64,000 nucleotides of DNA from Pseudogymnoascus verrucosus (lineage: Eukaryota), in the NCBI GenBank assembly GCA_001662655.1, contig KV460213.1; one strand, given 5' to 3'. Within the stretch, counting starts at the first letter, position 1. Each line of letters opens with the position of its first letter. Shown here one piece after another: positions 21,691 to 35,401 of the stretch. The notes under the pieces are model-generated. The model was not told the origin of the DNA. It searched no databases and saw only the letters and a program-made list of their open reading frames with translations. A program made the position numbers and the translations under genes.

Positions 21691-24600
21691 CTATATATTC
21701 TCCATCCGCCACTTATTCAAATTCTTAAGGGCATTTTCCGTGTGGGGATGATGACGGCCAAGGACCCGTTCTCGCAGTTGAAAGCAAGTCTCTATTAGTG
21801 AAATAGCTTCCTCAATGCGGCCTTGGAGTTTTAGCGTGGTCGCAAGGATCTGCATGGTTGCTATCGTGTCTGGGTTTTCACGCCCAAATAATCTTTCCAT
21901 CGCATCTATTGATCGCTTTGCCATGTCTTCCGCCTCCTTTAGCCGCCTCTGAGACAACAACAAGGCTGCTAGGTTAGTCATGCAAACAAGTGTGTTTGGG
22001 TGGTCCTCTCCAACAACCTTCATATATCCTTCTAGAGCTCGCCGCTGCATTACTTCTGCTTCTTCATACTTGTTCAGCTGATCTAACACCAATCCAAGCT
22101 GGCCAATGCTAATAAGCGTGCTTAGATCATCTTCCCCCAAAATCCTCATCTTTGCTTCTAGAGCTTGCCGCTGAATTGCTTCCGCCTCTTCATACTTGCC
22201 CTGCAGCTCAAACAATAACCCAAGCTGGGCAATGCTAATAAGCGTGTATGGGTGCTCTTCTCCAACGACCTTCTTATATCCCTCTACAACTCGCCGCTGC
22301 ATCGCTTCCGCCTTTTCGAACTTGCCCTGCAACCTGTATACCAACCCAAGGGCGGTGACGCTCATGAGAGTCTCTATGTGCTCTTCTCCAACCACCTTCT
22401 CCAACCCTTTTACAGATCGCTGGTGCATCGCTTCTGCCTCTTCGTATTTCCCCTGCCTCTCTAACGCTAAGCCAAGAAGCCTGACACTAGTAAGCGTCGC
22501 TGTGTGCTCTTCTCCAATAGCCTTAATATATCCTTCTAGAGCTTGCCGCTGCGTTGCTTCCGCCTCTTTGTACTTACCCTGCTCCTCTAACACTGACCCA
22601 AGCAGGCTGAGACTAGAAATCGTCTCTATGTGTTCTTCTCCAAGCACCCTCCCCCTTTCAATTATTGCAGTCCGCACAAGAGGCTCCGCTGCTGCGCACT
22701 CTTTTGCGTTGTAAAGATACCATGCCATGCTATCTGCAACCAATGCTCGATCTAGTGTTGCCTCTATATCTTCTAGAATGTGGCCGAACACTTTTCGCGC
22801 ATGCGGAAGAACAGCTCGACAAGCTGCCCATGTCTCGTAGCTCCCATCTGGGAAGGAAGCAGCCATGACCCGTAGTGACGCCTTCTGCCACCTGCCCAAC
22901 TGCATCTGCTCTTCTAGCCACTTCCTCGTCGCCAGCTGAACTAAGTCGTGCATCTCAAACAGATGCTCCCCGACTTGCTGCTTTAGTTGCTTCACGCTCT
23001 GGACTTTAATCAGAGAGAAGCTTGTTAACGGTGCGACTGCATCCTCAAACTGAAGCCTGCTTTTGCCATCGTACAGAATAGACTGCGGAATCCCCTGCCT
23101 GTCAAACATGGCCATGAGCGAAAGTAGCTCCGCAGATTCAGGCCTCATCTTCTGGATCTGTTCGAACGAAATCTGCCAGGTGGTGACGACCGCACTAGAG
23201 ATGCTGCCGTCTCGCCGCATGTCCCTTGATTCTTGGCTGCTTAGGAGGTGTGCTTGGTTCTCCTCACTCTCACGGAAGAGCTCAAGGTAAGTCGAGACTG
23301 TGATTGTTTGCGCTCGCACTGCAATATACGCCGCTGCGTGAGTGATAGCAAGGGGGATGTATTCTAGTATCTGTATGAGTGTTTTTGCATCGTCTTCAAA
23401 GGCCTTGCTGACCGAGACTCTGGTCTTCAGCAGCATTAGCGCCTCTTCCTCCGGCATTGGCTCTACATGAAACACATTGTCCCTTATTCCCACGAGATTC
23501 ATTGCTGCAGCTAGGTCTCGTGAGGTGACCAGTACCCATCCGTTCGAAGACTGCGGAAGGAAGCTTGCTAAGGGCGCCGCCACGTCTGTTGCTTGCGCGG
23601 CGCTGCCTGAGACTTCGCTAGTGGAATGGAAAACCTGGTCGTCGTCGGCGTTGTCAAGTATTATAAGCCAGCGGCCGTTCCGCTCGTCGCTGAGCCAGTT
23701 ATACACAAGGCGAAGAATATCAGCATTCGGATCGTCCCGGCCGGGCAGCTCAATCTTGGCGGCAATATTTGTATAAGCCTGCTTAAATCGGCCGGCGTTG
23801 CTCGCATGTACCCAGAACACCCAGGTCTGGGGTGCTGACTCTCTCACTCTGTATGCATATTCAATAGCAATCTGAGACTTCCTAACCAAAACATTAACCT
23901 GAGCTACCCGATAAGAACATCGACATGCTTACCCTACGCCGCCTAGACCAACGAGAGCTACTCGACTGTGATCCTGTGACGCGGCCTCCTTGAATTTCTC
24001 ACTTATTTTCACTAGAATATCCTCTCGGCCGACGAATGCGCTATCTCTTTGGAATGGAACCATTATGGAAGGCTTAAGTTTGTTTTGTGATCGCACTGTA
24101 CCCAAGCTAGCATTAGTTCTGCGCAAACACAGCGACAGCACATAAGGCCAATCCAAAGAATGGAATCCCACATACAGAACCGCGCTGCAACCACGCTGGT
24201 GGCATCCTGCTCAAACTGTCTAAGCTTATCCCGCGCGCTACTATAGCCTAGGTCGCTCTTATTATTAAATTTCACCATAATTGAGTGATCGGCATCTAGA
24301 GGGATCTTGTCCTCCGTTGAGTCTGGCAGCTGGAGAAGAGCTGAATCGGCATCTACGACCGTAACAAAGTCGCCGGTCCTTCTCCAGCAACTGCTTTCAC
24401 TATCCTGTTACACACAATTAGCAGTCTGCTACTGTGATTTTAACTCTTAAGAGCCATACAAACTCGAGCTGTCTTGTCTGGCCCATCTCAAAGAAACTTA
24501 CGACCTTTCGGTCTCGGATGAGATTTCTGAAAGACATTAGCTGAAAAGCTAAAAGGTCAGATTTACTTTTGATCTGCTCAAGTAGAGCACCCCGCGGATG

Positions 24601-25550
24601 ATTATCCTGTCCTGCCACTATCTTCTGAATATCGTCTACTACTAGGCCCTTATGTGGGATTCCAAACAGAAGCATGCCGTATGTGGCTCTATATAGAGAT
24701 GCTATTGTTGGATGGTCGTCTTCGTCTGCCTGGACAGCTTTAATAAGGCACTTTGATACTAGTTAGATTTATATATATATATTATAGCGGTTACTTACGT
24801 GAGCGAGGATAATGCCACCAAAACTATGCGCGATAAAGAACAGAGGCCGCTTTCTTAGCTAGTAGGGTAAACCCGTTAGCCTGATGTCACCGTTCTGGAG
24901 CTGCATTCTGTAATGGCTCTTACTTCCTCTGTATTCCTTATCTTCTTGAGCTCCTCCAGCAACCCTTGGCCGTAGTCCATGATTGTGTCGACCCTATGCG
25001 TTAACAACTTCGAGTTGTAGCCGTAGATCATCGTGCGGCAGCATGGCATGTCCTTGCACAGGAAGTCGCGCAGCCACATGCGCCCAAGGTTTCCTTTGCC
25101 CCTCCATGAGCCATATGCGTGCCCATCGAGGCCCGTGATAGCGATTATGCTGTACGGTAGGTCAGACATATATTACTAAGTGATAAATATTACCCACTCT
25201 GCGGTAACCGTTGAGTCTGGCTTTGGCATATAGAGTTGGGTGAACCCAAAGAAGTGTCGATCGAAATCGATATCCGTGTCGCCCATCTCGACCTGCCAGT
25301 CGTCTAGCGGGTTAGCCGTCAGCTCGGACAGGAATTCGGGCACTCCGCCGTGGAACTCGACTAGCGCGACTTTCTTCTCATTGTCATAGCAGGAGGGCAA
25401 AATAGTTGCATTAAAGGTCAGCTTCGATTCTTCGCCCTCCGCTAGATTGTCGTCGATGGCAGCCTTCAAGGCTTCCTTAAGCTCGTCGTCAGGCTGCGAG
25501 GCTGGGAGACCGGTGACACGGAAAACAACGCCCTTCTTTTTGGCGGCCAT
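21691..25550 (-). CDS. Fungal NLR: SesB-like alpha/beta hydrolase + NB-ARC + TPR repeats
   Basis: Seven exons splice in frame. DIIAITGLDGHAYGSW...MWLRDFL, nucleophile elbow FIAHSFGG, LDADHSIMVKF. VPFQRDSAFVGRE, P-loop GLGGVG|KSQIA (intron-split), Walker B WLIILDNADD, LVTSR, YIPLAI, MHDLVQ. About 8 tandem 42-aa TPRs. Confidence 0.92.
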
Positions 25551-26204
25551 CTCGACTCAGAGGCTCGTCACCGAGCTCAGCATTTGCTACGGTTATGAGC
25601 GACAGGAGAGTAATAGATGGGCGGAGGATGGGTTCCACTCGAACAACGAGCAAGTGAGGGGCTACGGCATCTTCACACAAGGCTGAGCGCCAAGCCACTC
25701 TATCGATGGGACTTCGGCCCGCGCCGCTGAGGATTGGTAGCCTAAGATGTTGAGGGGCCAAAATGCTTCTTGGGATATGGGACCTCTGGGTATGCTATAT
25801 ATATGTTCTATATTGTGCCGCGTGAAACTATTCAATCTATTGCGCTAGAGTGAGAGGGCGACAATTAATGGGATAGAAGTGCTGAGTAAAATGCCCCAAC
25901 GTCCAAGCTTGGACTTTGCGCATGGTTGTCGCATATATTCTCCATAAACGAGGCAATATCATCCAATCAATCATGAAAGTAAAGAGACAAGTTTATTATT
26001 AAAAGCTAACTTCAACTATAAGTTGGAGAAAAGTTACATTACGTTGACCAGATTCAACTGCAAGTTCCAATCCTACAGACAACCTAGCTCCCTGTCTAGA
26101 TCACGTCGCCGCCTAGCATTATCGGACGATAGCACGCTTGGTATTTATTAAAGTTATGCGGCACTTTTGAGCGCCCTAATTTTCAAACAACCCTAATAAC
26201 GACT

Positions 26205-28053
26205 CTAGATTGAACCCTTCTCAGTGCCTGGAACACTGTTGGCGTCTTCCGCCTTCGTGGTAGTCTCGAGGTCACCCGTGACTGGGCGGTTGTGCGCAAG
26301 AGTCTGAGCCAAGTCGGTATCTTTGAGGCTATCCGAAATGAAAAGAAGATCGATCTGCTCGAGGGAGTGACCGCGGGTCTCAGGGCAGCAGAAATAAACT
26401 GTGGTAAGGAGTTAGCGCCCTATTCAAAAACCTCCAGAACGGAGGTTGAGACTTACCATATGGAATGGCAATGACGTTGAAAACCAAAAACCAGATCCAG
26501 GTCCTCCACCCAACACTTGTGTCGGCGATGGCAATCGGACCGGCGTACACGGTCAAGAAGGCGGCGATCCACTGGCAGGATACACTCAGAGAGAAGCCGA
26601 TGTGGCGGTATCTGAGCGGCATAATCTCGGTAGAATACACGTACTATCAGCGAAGTTAGTTCATTTCTTTCATGGTGAGACGGAGAATTATTTAAGGGAC
26701 TTACGGTGACGGGACCCCATGTAGGACCGAACACAGCAATCCAGCCAAACAGCATGGCAGCTGCAGCAGCTCCGACCTGGCTGCTGGAGGGCTGGGAGAG
26801 TAGAACTGTGAAGACGAGCATGAAGATTGACTGGCCGATGGCACCGCCGATGAGCCAGGTCCTGCGTCCTAGCTTCTCCATGTAGTATGAACCGATGTAG
26901 TTCGTGGTAGCTAAGACGGTGGTTGCGGCAGCGGCAAGTCCAGAGGCCGTCAATGGGCTGAGTCCAATGTACACCTGGAAGATGGTCGAGGTGTAGTAGA
27001 AGATCATATCAATACCCATCAGGTATGCGACACCGATCAAGATCATGCCGGTTCGGATACGGCGAGCAGTTTGCATAGCTGAAGTGTCCCAGAAGAAGTC
27101 CTTGATGCGTAGAGAATCGGACTCGGTCCTTTCCAGCTCGAGGGAGGCGTGGATGTCCTGTTTCGCTTCTTGGACGACGCCTTCGGTAATGGCCTTGTCA
27201 TATAGGCGCTCAAGAACGACGTCGGCATCAGTGGTGCGATCCTTGGCATACAACCAACGTGGAGTGTCTGCGCCTGTTAGTTTTCAAGCCTGCATTATAA
27301 AAGAGTCGCTCTCACCAGGCATTGGGTAAATGACTGCAACAGTGGCAAAAGCCCACACTACTTGGAATGCGACTGGGAATCTCCAGACAGCTTGAGACGA
27401 TGCGAAGACCATGCCGAAATCACTAATAAGGTTAGAAAGCGTCAAAATAAAGTAAGCTGGTAAACTTACACCCAGTACGCGAGAGCTGTGCCGAGACTGG
27501 CAGCTGCAATCATCATGTTGACACCCTGTCCGCGCTTGTTGACAGCGACGGCCATCTCGGCGACGTAGATGGGAATCATCGACGTTAGGAAACCATTGCC
27601 AACACCCTGGATTTAGATTAGCATAGTTTGTGGTTTAGTTAAGTCTGGGCCCACAAACAATTAGAGTTCTACCTGCAATCATCTGACCAGAGCTGTAGGA
27701 GGTAGCTGAAATGATTGTGCCCACGACCTGGACCAAACATCCGTAGATGATCCACTGTCTTCTCCCCAACTTCATCCCGAAGATGGAGATTATCATACAA
27801 CCAAGCCATGATGCCAGCAAAAAGATGGACGTTATCATGGAAATGGTATTCGTGTCTGGAAACTATAATCGAGAGAAGTTAGCTGCCAATTGGGCAAAAT
27901 ACAGAACAAACGCGAACCTACGCCCATAGCACTCTGGAACTCGTTCGTCAACAACACACCACCTAAAACTCCGGCATCCCAACCAAACGTCACAAAGCCC
28001 AAGCTGCCTCCGATGAGGGCTCTCACGTACAGCGCATTGCCTTTGAGTACCAT
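26205..28053 (-). CDS. MFS sugar porter family transporter (STL1-like subgroup possible)
   Basis: FGWDAGVLGG, KLGRR, AGR, PRWLY, EKLGRR, YSTEIMPLRYR, PETRGHSLEQID motifs across multiple exons. Stop at 26205-26207. Confidence 0.92.
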
Positions 28054-29218
28054 CTTCAAGTCTGTTGTTGTTTTTTTGGTCGATGCCCACACCGAGTGAT
28101 AGGTGACAGAAAAGTAGGACCACGAAGATATACCCCGAAAACCGAAGCGTGCAGGAAAGACGACGGATCCGATGCTGACTAGATCCCGAGGGGCACCCGA
28201 AATCCAACAGAAGGAGATGAAACTGCACAAGGGTAGCGCTTCGTCGTATCTTACGGGATCAACCCTGGATCGATACACGTGCGAGACATTATTCCCGAGA
28301 CACTGGGGAATGTACGTAACGACAGACGAATCAAGATAGAACCATCGATATTGGGTGGTGAACACATGTCTGGACCAGCGCAGCAATCTTTGCTATTCAA
28401 GGAGGTTGCACCGATGGCGGGCTGCCATTGACGCTGAAGAATTGGTGTAGCTCAAAAATATCCCTGCGCTCGGGACAGGGGTAGGACTCCCGCGGGCCCG
28501 GCCCTTGAATGAGGGGATCTAAGCGCACTAGCGCGCCACCTTAAGAACAGCCAATACCCACTCTAGGGACTACCAGAGCCAGATAGATCCCTGTTATAAC
28601 AAAAGTTCCCATGCTAAAATGATAATTTTATACGCTACGTTCATGCACCACCTCCCACCTCCAAACATTGCAGGCCCAGAAATTGAGTATAATTCTGTAC
28701 ATACCCCATAACATAATACGAAATAAGGCGATCTCATTAGCTCTAGCGATACATTGATCCAACACCGCTCGGTCTGACTACACACTAAAGAGTCCGTACA
28801 GCGAGGCTTATGCACTGACAAGGCGGGGTTAAAATATAGTGGAGACACGGGCGACTACAACAACACACAACCAACAGTGATCCATACGAAGTGGAGTAGG
28901 AAAGGGTCCTGGCATTTTCCCAAAGAGGAATTCTAGTACAAGGCCTTCAATGTGGTCGGGATGTTTGTAAACTGCGGCGTTGCGAGTACGTAATTGGAAG
29001 ATATGCAGTTGATCTCAAATTTTGCTACAGTTTCCGTGGCACCATGCACAGCACCACGCACGGAACCAAAATGGAGCCACACACACGTGGGGTAATTTTG
29101 CATTACTCAGCTGTCGAGCTATGCGCAGTGTCTTCTCTATGCAGTGCCTCAAAAGAGAGCTCAGCACAAATTGATTTGCATACGTACATGAGGCTCACGA
29201 GCTCGACGTGTTGCGAAG

Positions 29219-31052
29219 ATGGCCAATATTTTGCTTGATTTGTACAGGAACGCCACCTTTGTCAACGTTAGTCTTGGTTTTGTCGCATACCTTATAGCGC
29301 GCGCGCTGTATCAGGTCGTGTATTACCGTTTTTTCCATCCTTTGTCGAAATTCCCCGGACCGTTTTGGGGCAGTGTGACGAGACTATGGATTGCCTATCA
29401 CAACATCAAGGAGGACGAGCCGTACGTTGAACACGAGCTACACAAGAAATATGGTATGCGTCTATCTGTGACTTTCAGTGCGCATTGCAGGAAGGCTGAT
29501 ATGTCGTGCGACAATAGGACCTATCATTCGAATTACTCCCACCTTGCTGCTGGTCAGCTCTGCGCCCGCCCTGCCGACAATTTATCACAGACAAGCCGAT
29601 AAGACAAAGCATTACATCAGTGGCAGTTTTGGAGAAACTGAATCCGTGTTCAACATGCAGAGCTGGAAGACGCATGCGAAGTTCAGAAAGTTAATTGCTG
29701 GCCCGGTATAATTTCCCCGCACTTTGTTTTTTGAGAAACGGCGGTCGCTGACGGAAAACCTCAAAGTATAGTTTCAGCAGCATCAAAAAGATGGAGCCGC
29801 TGATTGACATGAGAATTGAAGACTGGACTCACAAGCTGAATGACTTCGCGAAAACGGGCGAGAAATTCGATTTCTCTGCATGGGCGGTGTAGGCAGAATT
29901 GGCACCCCGCATTCCAAAATTACAGAGAGCTAATATTTTTTCTCTAGTTATATGGCGTACGACATTATCTCTGAGATTGGATTCGGAGCTCCTTTTGGTT
30001 TTATCGAGAGAGGAGAAGACGTTGGAGGCCTTATCAAAGGCTTCCACGATGGTCTCCCAGCCTTTGGGCTGATGTGCCGTTTGCATCCATTCACCTCCTG
30101 GATTAAGTCAACTTTCATGAACAAGTACCTGGTGGCAAGCCCAGAGCAGGAATCTGGTATCGGATCGTTGATGCGATTCCGTGACAAGCTTCTTAACCAG
30201 CGCGTGAAAGACATGGAAAAGGGAACCACGGGCGGGAGAATCGACCTTTTACAAACGTACGTTGCTCACACTCACAAGGGAAAATCATAAACTGACGTAT
30301 GATGAAGTATGCTCGATGCGCGCGATGATGAAGGAAAACCCCTCAATGTCGAGTATGTTAAAGCAGAAGTTTTGCTTGTTCTCCTCGCCGGCGCAGACAC
30401 CACTGGCACTGCCTTCCAAGCCATGATTCACTACATTACAGCAAACGAGGACGTCTACGAGAAACTGATGGACGAGCTTGATAATGCTACTCGGGCGGGA
30501 CATCTATCAACCTACCCGCAGTATGCCGAGGTCCTTGAGCACTGCCCATACTACACTGCATGCGTCAAGGAAACCATGCGGCTGTGCCCGTCCGCGCCGA
30601 ACATCTTCCCCCGAATGTCACCTAAGGGCGGCTACGAAATCGAAGGTCAATTCATTCCTGGGGAGGTCGAGGTTACGTGCAACCCCTGGCTGGTGCATCG
30701 GGATAACAAGATTTACGGAGAGGATGCAATGGAGTTCAAGCCGGAGCGATGGCTCGATGCGGAAAATGCAAAGGTGTTTGACAAGTACAGCATGGTGTTT
30801 GGGTACGGGCCCAGATCATGTCTGGGGAAGGATATTGCGCTCATGGAGCTTTACAAGGCACCGTTGCAGGTTTGTCTCTTTCTATTACCTGTTCTTTTGG
30901 AAGGATTCTGACCTTGTTAATAGTTCTTCCGCAAATTTCGACTAGAGTTGCAGCCGCAAGGAGGCAAGGGTGCACAGTTCGTCATCAAGGGCGGGGTTGG
31001 CTATTGGCAGGATATGTGGATGCAGATCTCAAAACGTGCTGCGCCGGTATAA
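29219..31052 (+). CDS. Cytochrome P450 monooxygenase
   Basis: N-terminal TM segment, [10 protein letters not shown]-helix LAGADTT, K-helix ETMR, KPERW, heme motif [10 protein letters not shown]. Five introns; final exon ends ...KRAAPV*. Confidence 0.95.
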
Positions 31053-32412
31053 TATCGGGACATGTTCTAGAATTACGCACCGGGATGATGACTGCTTACG
31101 ACCGCTACCCTTACATAAATTGCAAACAGCTTCAGAGTGTCGTGTTTTACGTCGTACTATAAGCATGTTGATAATATTAAGATATTTGCAATTAATGCTA
31201 TTTGCTACTATATCATGATCATGGCGCTGAGTTGGTGCGGCATTCCGCCGGTAGCTCAAGTTAAAGCCCATTTAGTGTCGTGCTAACAAGCACTTGAGAA
31301 TTAGACTAGGCGGGGCGGGCGAGCCGTCTCCGCGGATAGCGTAAGTTGTCGCTAAAAGGGGTGCTCTAATGGTCATTTTTGGGAGTGCCGAGGTTAAGCC
31401 TAGGGCCTTAGCTGCCCGGCCAAGGGGCTGTAGGCGCGGGATGGGTGGGTGCTGTACCGTGCGGTGCTCTTGGTATTGTCGAAAATAATATTGAAACGGC
31501 GTGCATTAACTAGAGAGCCTAGCATCAACCTGTCGCCTCGCTGGAGGAAAGATTTACAGGAGTTGCCAACGGTTATGGGGTGGTTCGTGACAATGTGTGG
31601 CGATAGTTGATGTAATAGTTGCACATGCGATAGACGAATCTTAACAGTCTCACTATAGACAGCGTGCCCCAGTTGTCATTGTCAATGTTGGTTGCTAGGG
31701 TGCGGAGTTAAACTGGGGGTCTTTTTGCATGCAACCCCCTTATAGACCCCCACATATTCTCCACCACTACTCCTCCAAGCGCCTCAAAATTGAATCTTCA
31801 GTGGAGCGGTTCACCCGATCTGCAGGCGCAGAAGACTGTGGCCAGTTTCACTTTGTGCTCGGGACCGGGCTCGGGAATGCCACTTGCGGGACTGCTAACA
31901 CCCATGGAGGCGGGAACGGGCCTCTCGCGCAGCTCATTTCCGCCTTCACTTCGGATACCCACTCTTCTTACTCTTCATCGTAGCGGCGGCACTCTCATTC
32001 GGTAACAAGCCCCAGCGAGGCGGGCAAGACACTCTCCACCTTGTAGCCGTATCCCCTGGCCGCTTGATACGGATTCTATTCCGTACCCCCACCATGTTGT
32101 TTTCTGCATCGATGTTGTTGGAAGGAGTGTCACCTTCGCAGGGTGTCTGTCTGAAATATTGTGTCTCTGTTCCCATTTGGACAGCGATCTCCAGATACCG
32201 CTGGGAAGGAGACGAGGCCTGAGCATGAATTCGTCTGTTCTGATGTTTATATGCACTTCGGATTCTCCGTCGCGGATGTGAAAGCTCTTGGAATTGAGAA
32301 ACCATATGAAATCGACGTTGGACTTTGATCTGAAAAGCACAACCGACATCCTCATCCCAGCCACCTCCAGTATATCAACAATATTTGCGGGTGAGCTCTT
32401 TCACCTGGCGTC

Positions 32413-33801
32413 ATGGATATGGATTATGGCTCCCAGGGCCCGACAGCGACGGCAATCAGTATCGTCTTTGCTGTCTTGACGGCCTTAGTTATATCTGCGC
32501 GCTTGTTTTCGAGAATTTATATCGTGCGCAGTACCGGGCTCGACGACAGTAAGTTATGGCATCACAACTGATATTTCAAGACTGACGATTGCGCCTATAG
32601 TATTGATGGTTGTTGCTGCAGTAAGCCTATCCAGAATGGAATGCCATGGAGGATTGGCACAAACCATGAACTTTAGTTGACAGTACGCAGGCATTATCTT
32701 GGGCATTCATCGCCATGACAGTCTTAGGTTTGTGCCATAATGCGGCCCATATACAAGACACCACTGATATCTCATAGCCGTCAACCATGGCCTAGGATCC
32801 CACTTCGATGTTGTTCTGGCAATGGGGCCAGAGAACTTTTTAACCTACCTCAAGGTTTGCCCATCCATCCCCTCTTTTACTGAAGATAGCTCACCATCGT
32901 AGATTGTTTATTTCTCCTCTATCTTTTACAACGCTACGCTTTGCTTCATTAAGCTATCCGTACTTGCGCTGTACATGAGACTCGGCGACGAAACCCTTCG
33001 CCGTATGTCCATCGTTATGATGGGGGTCATCGCTTGCCAAGGACTCGCCTTCGTTCTGACCTGCATCTTCCAATGCAGCCCCGTGAGAGGCGCCTGGGAA
33101 CCGTCGATGGTACCAGGGCCGAAATGTGTTAATATCAACGCCTTTTATCTTTCGAATGCGGCATTGAATATCGTTACCGACTTGATCACATATGCACTCC
33201 CGGTCCGCATGATATTGCACTTACAGACGCCAGTAAAACAGAAGATTGCTGTTGGTGTTATGTTTAGCTTGGGATTTTTGTATGTCTTCCTCCCGTCCAC
33301 ACCCCTTCCGACCTCGAGGACTTGCGACTAACTCCTCATAGCGCTTGTATCTCCTCCATTGTCCGTATGACTTTTGTTCCCTCTATGCTGGTATCCACAG
33401 ATCCGACCTGGGCCATCGGACCGCCAATGTACTGGTCGGTCATCGAGACCAACATTGGCATTCTCGCCGCCTCGATACCCTCATTCAAACCCATCGCCAG
33501 ACGCTATCTCCCACGTATCATTGGCGAGTACAGCTCCGGCGGCCGCAGCTACCCCGGCGCCTCATCCAGCCGAAACTTCGGCAAGATCTCAAACACAGGA
33601 GGAGAGTGGTCTGGGTCAATGCCGTTGAAGCCGGTGCACGCTAGGGACGGGGTCACCACTACTGTTATAACAAGCCGGGGAGATGATCTGGGAGGCATGT
33701 CGAAGACCAGCTCTGGCAGTGAGCAGAGTCTGGTGAGCAACAATGGGAGGATTACACAGTCGACGCAGATTTCACAGAAGGTTGAGAACTCGCGGCTGTG
33801 A
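32413..33801 (+). CDS. PTH11-like integral membrane protein (fungal rhodopsin-like domain, no CFEM)
   Basis: ARLFSRIYIVRSTGLDD, FIKLSVLALYMRL, IFQCSPV..W..C, NIVTDLITYALP, SIVR, WSVIETNIGILAASIP. Multi-exon, including a 20-nt microexon at 32601-32620. Confidence 0.88.
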
Positions 33802-35401
33802 GAGGAGAATGTATATACCCTGGAACCAAGGCGTTTGAGGTTAAACACGTAGCGGCTGGAGTGTATTGCCTGTACTAGATATGAATATATAAAATAAAAG
33901 CTTGCTATATAGTATACTAAAATACTACAACTTAAATACTCTACTCATGCCATCTCAATCTCTGAATGCAGTCTGCATGCATGAGGATTGATAGCTGGAA
34001 TTTAAGCTGCCAGAATATACTACAAATAGGTTGATGCGGCTAATACAACTTAGACTTCCACAGGTCGCACACACTATTGATCGTAAGACTATATAACAGT
34101 TTCGTTCTGTTTCAGCTTTCACATATATCATGCTGCCTCGCTACATTGCCTTTACACGGTGCCTTTTGCGACGGTGCCTCTTTGCTAGGTTAACACTTCT
34201 TGACATTGGATAGTTCTAACTAAACATAGGGCTGTCGCATCAAGAAGGGACCATCACATAGTTGTAAGCAAGAGCAGTGTGTTCACCACCTCCCAAACTT
34301 CCCGATAGGTATTTATTCTTAGTGCGTGTGGGGGACAAGCGGGATAGGTTAAGGCTTTTACATACGCTACACAATAGCTACATCTATACAAGTATAATAA
34401 AATGCCTTTGGTATCAATAAACCTTCCTTTCCGTGTCCTCTGATCTCTCTAGTTTTCTGCTGTATGAACATTTTTCTCCGTCGCCCCTTTTTCTCGTCGC
34501 CACCCCCTTTCTCACAATTGCCCCCTTTCTCGCTGTCACGCGACTTTCTCTCCATCGCCACTCGTAAGAAAGTCAACGTGAGACTTTGACAGGTAACAAT
34601 AATTATTCTGGGTCCGAAACACGCCCCTTTGATCCAACGCACGGGAGATTCGCAACTCCACCTGCGATGTTAGGGTCAGTTTGGTTACTGGGGCCCTGTG
34701 AGACACGGGCCGCTAGCTCAAATACACACATCAGCTGCATACGCCGCATAACCGAGCGATTGGCACCGTACCCCCGAAGAGTTAAACCAAATGCTCGGTT
34801 ACGTTACGAAATATATTGGCTTTCAAGAATTGCTTTTGGGAGTTGTCAGGTAGATCAATGGTACGTGTTACGAGGTGCGGAATCAAGGGAGGGAATGGGT
34901 GAGACATACCCGTATGGACCAACGTCTATATATTGCACCCCGCCGAGCAACCCCGCTCTCGTACTTATTTCAGCTGTGCTAGCCTTTGGTGGCAAATTTT
35001 CGCGACTGCGATTTTACAAGCCGCCTCGTATGGCTGGAATGGTGCCCGACAACGGGGCACCGTTGTCGGGATGGATCTAATATCATCGGCTCGGAGGGGG
35101 ATCGCCATGAAGCCCCATAGCGGCACGGTACGCAGAGAGGCGGAGAAGATGCGGGCAAGGAGACACGGCACAAATTTACAAGGGCACCGGAGTATTCCCC
35201 GCTGGGAATGCCCAGCACGGGAACGGTAGACAGCAGCGGCAGTGGCGCTTTGAAGGAAATGACTTTGGGACGTTGTATTCTTTGTCTATCGCTAGAGTAT
35301 TCTGAGACCGTTTATTCCGCTTCTCATCGAGCATGGAAGCCCTTCTATTTGTGCCTGTCACACACGTAGACCCCTATCCATCGCCTGATCCAAGTCAGCG
35401 A

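Noticed and set aside
23929..24171. ORF listed as + strand in the track
   Set aside because: The given translation (…VPFQRDSAFVGRE…GLGGVG) reads from the minus strand; it is an NLR exon plus intron sequence.
24060..24200. Amyloid signalling motif (HRAM/PP/sigma) in or beside the NLR
   Set aside because: The linker between hydrolase and NB-ARC is short with no G/N/Q pseudo-repeats, and no adjacent HeLo/HeLL gene is seen.
28054..28386. In-frame non-ATG N-terminal extension of the sugar transporter
   Set aside because: No ATG and no protein-like features; the family N-terminus fits the ATG at 28053.
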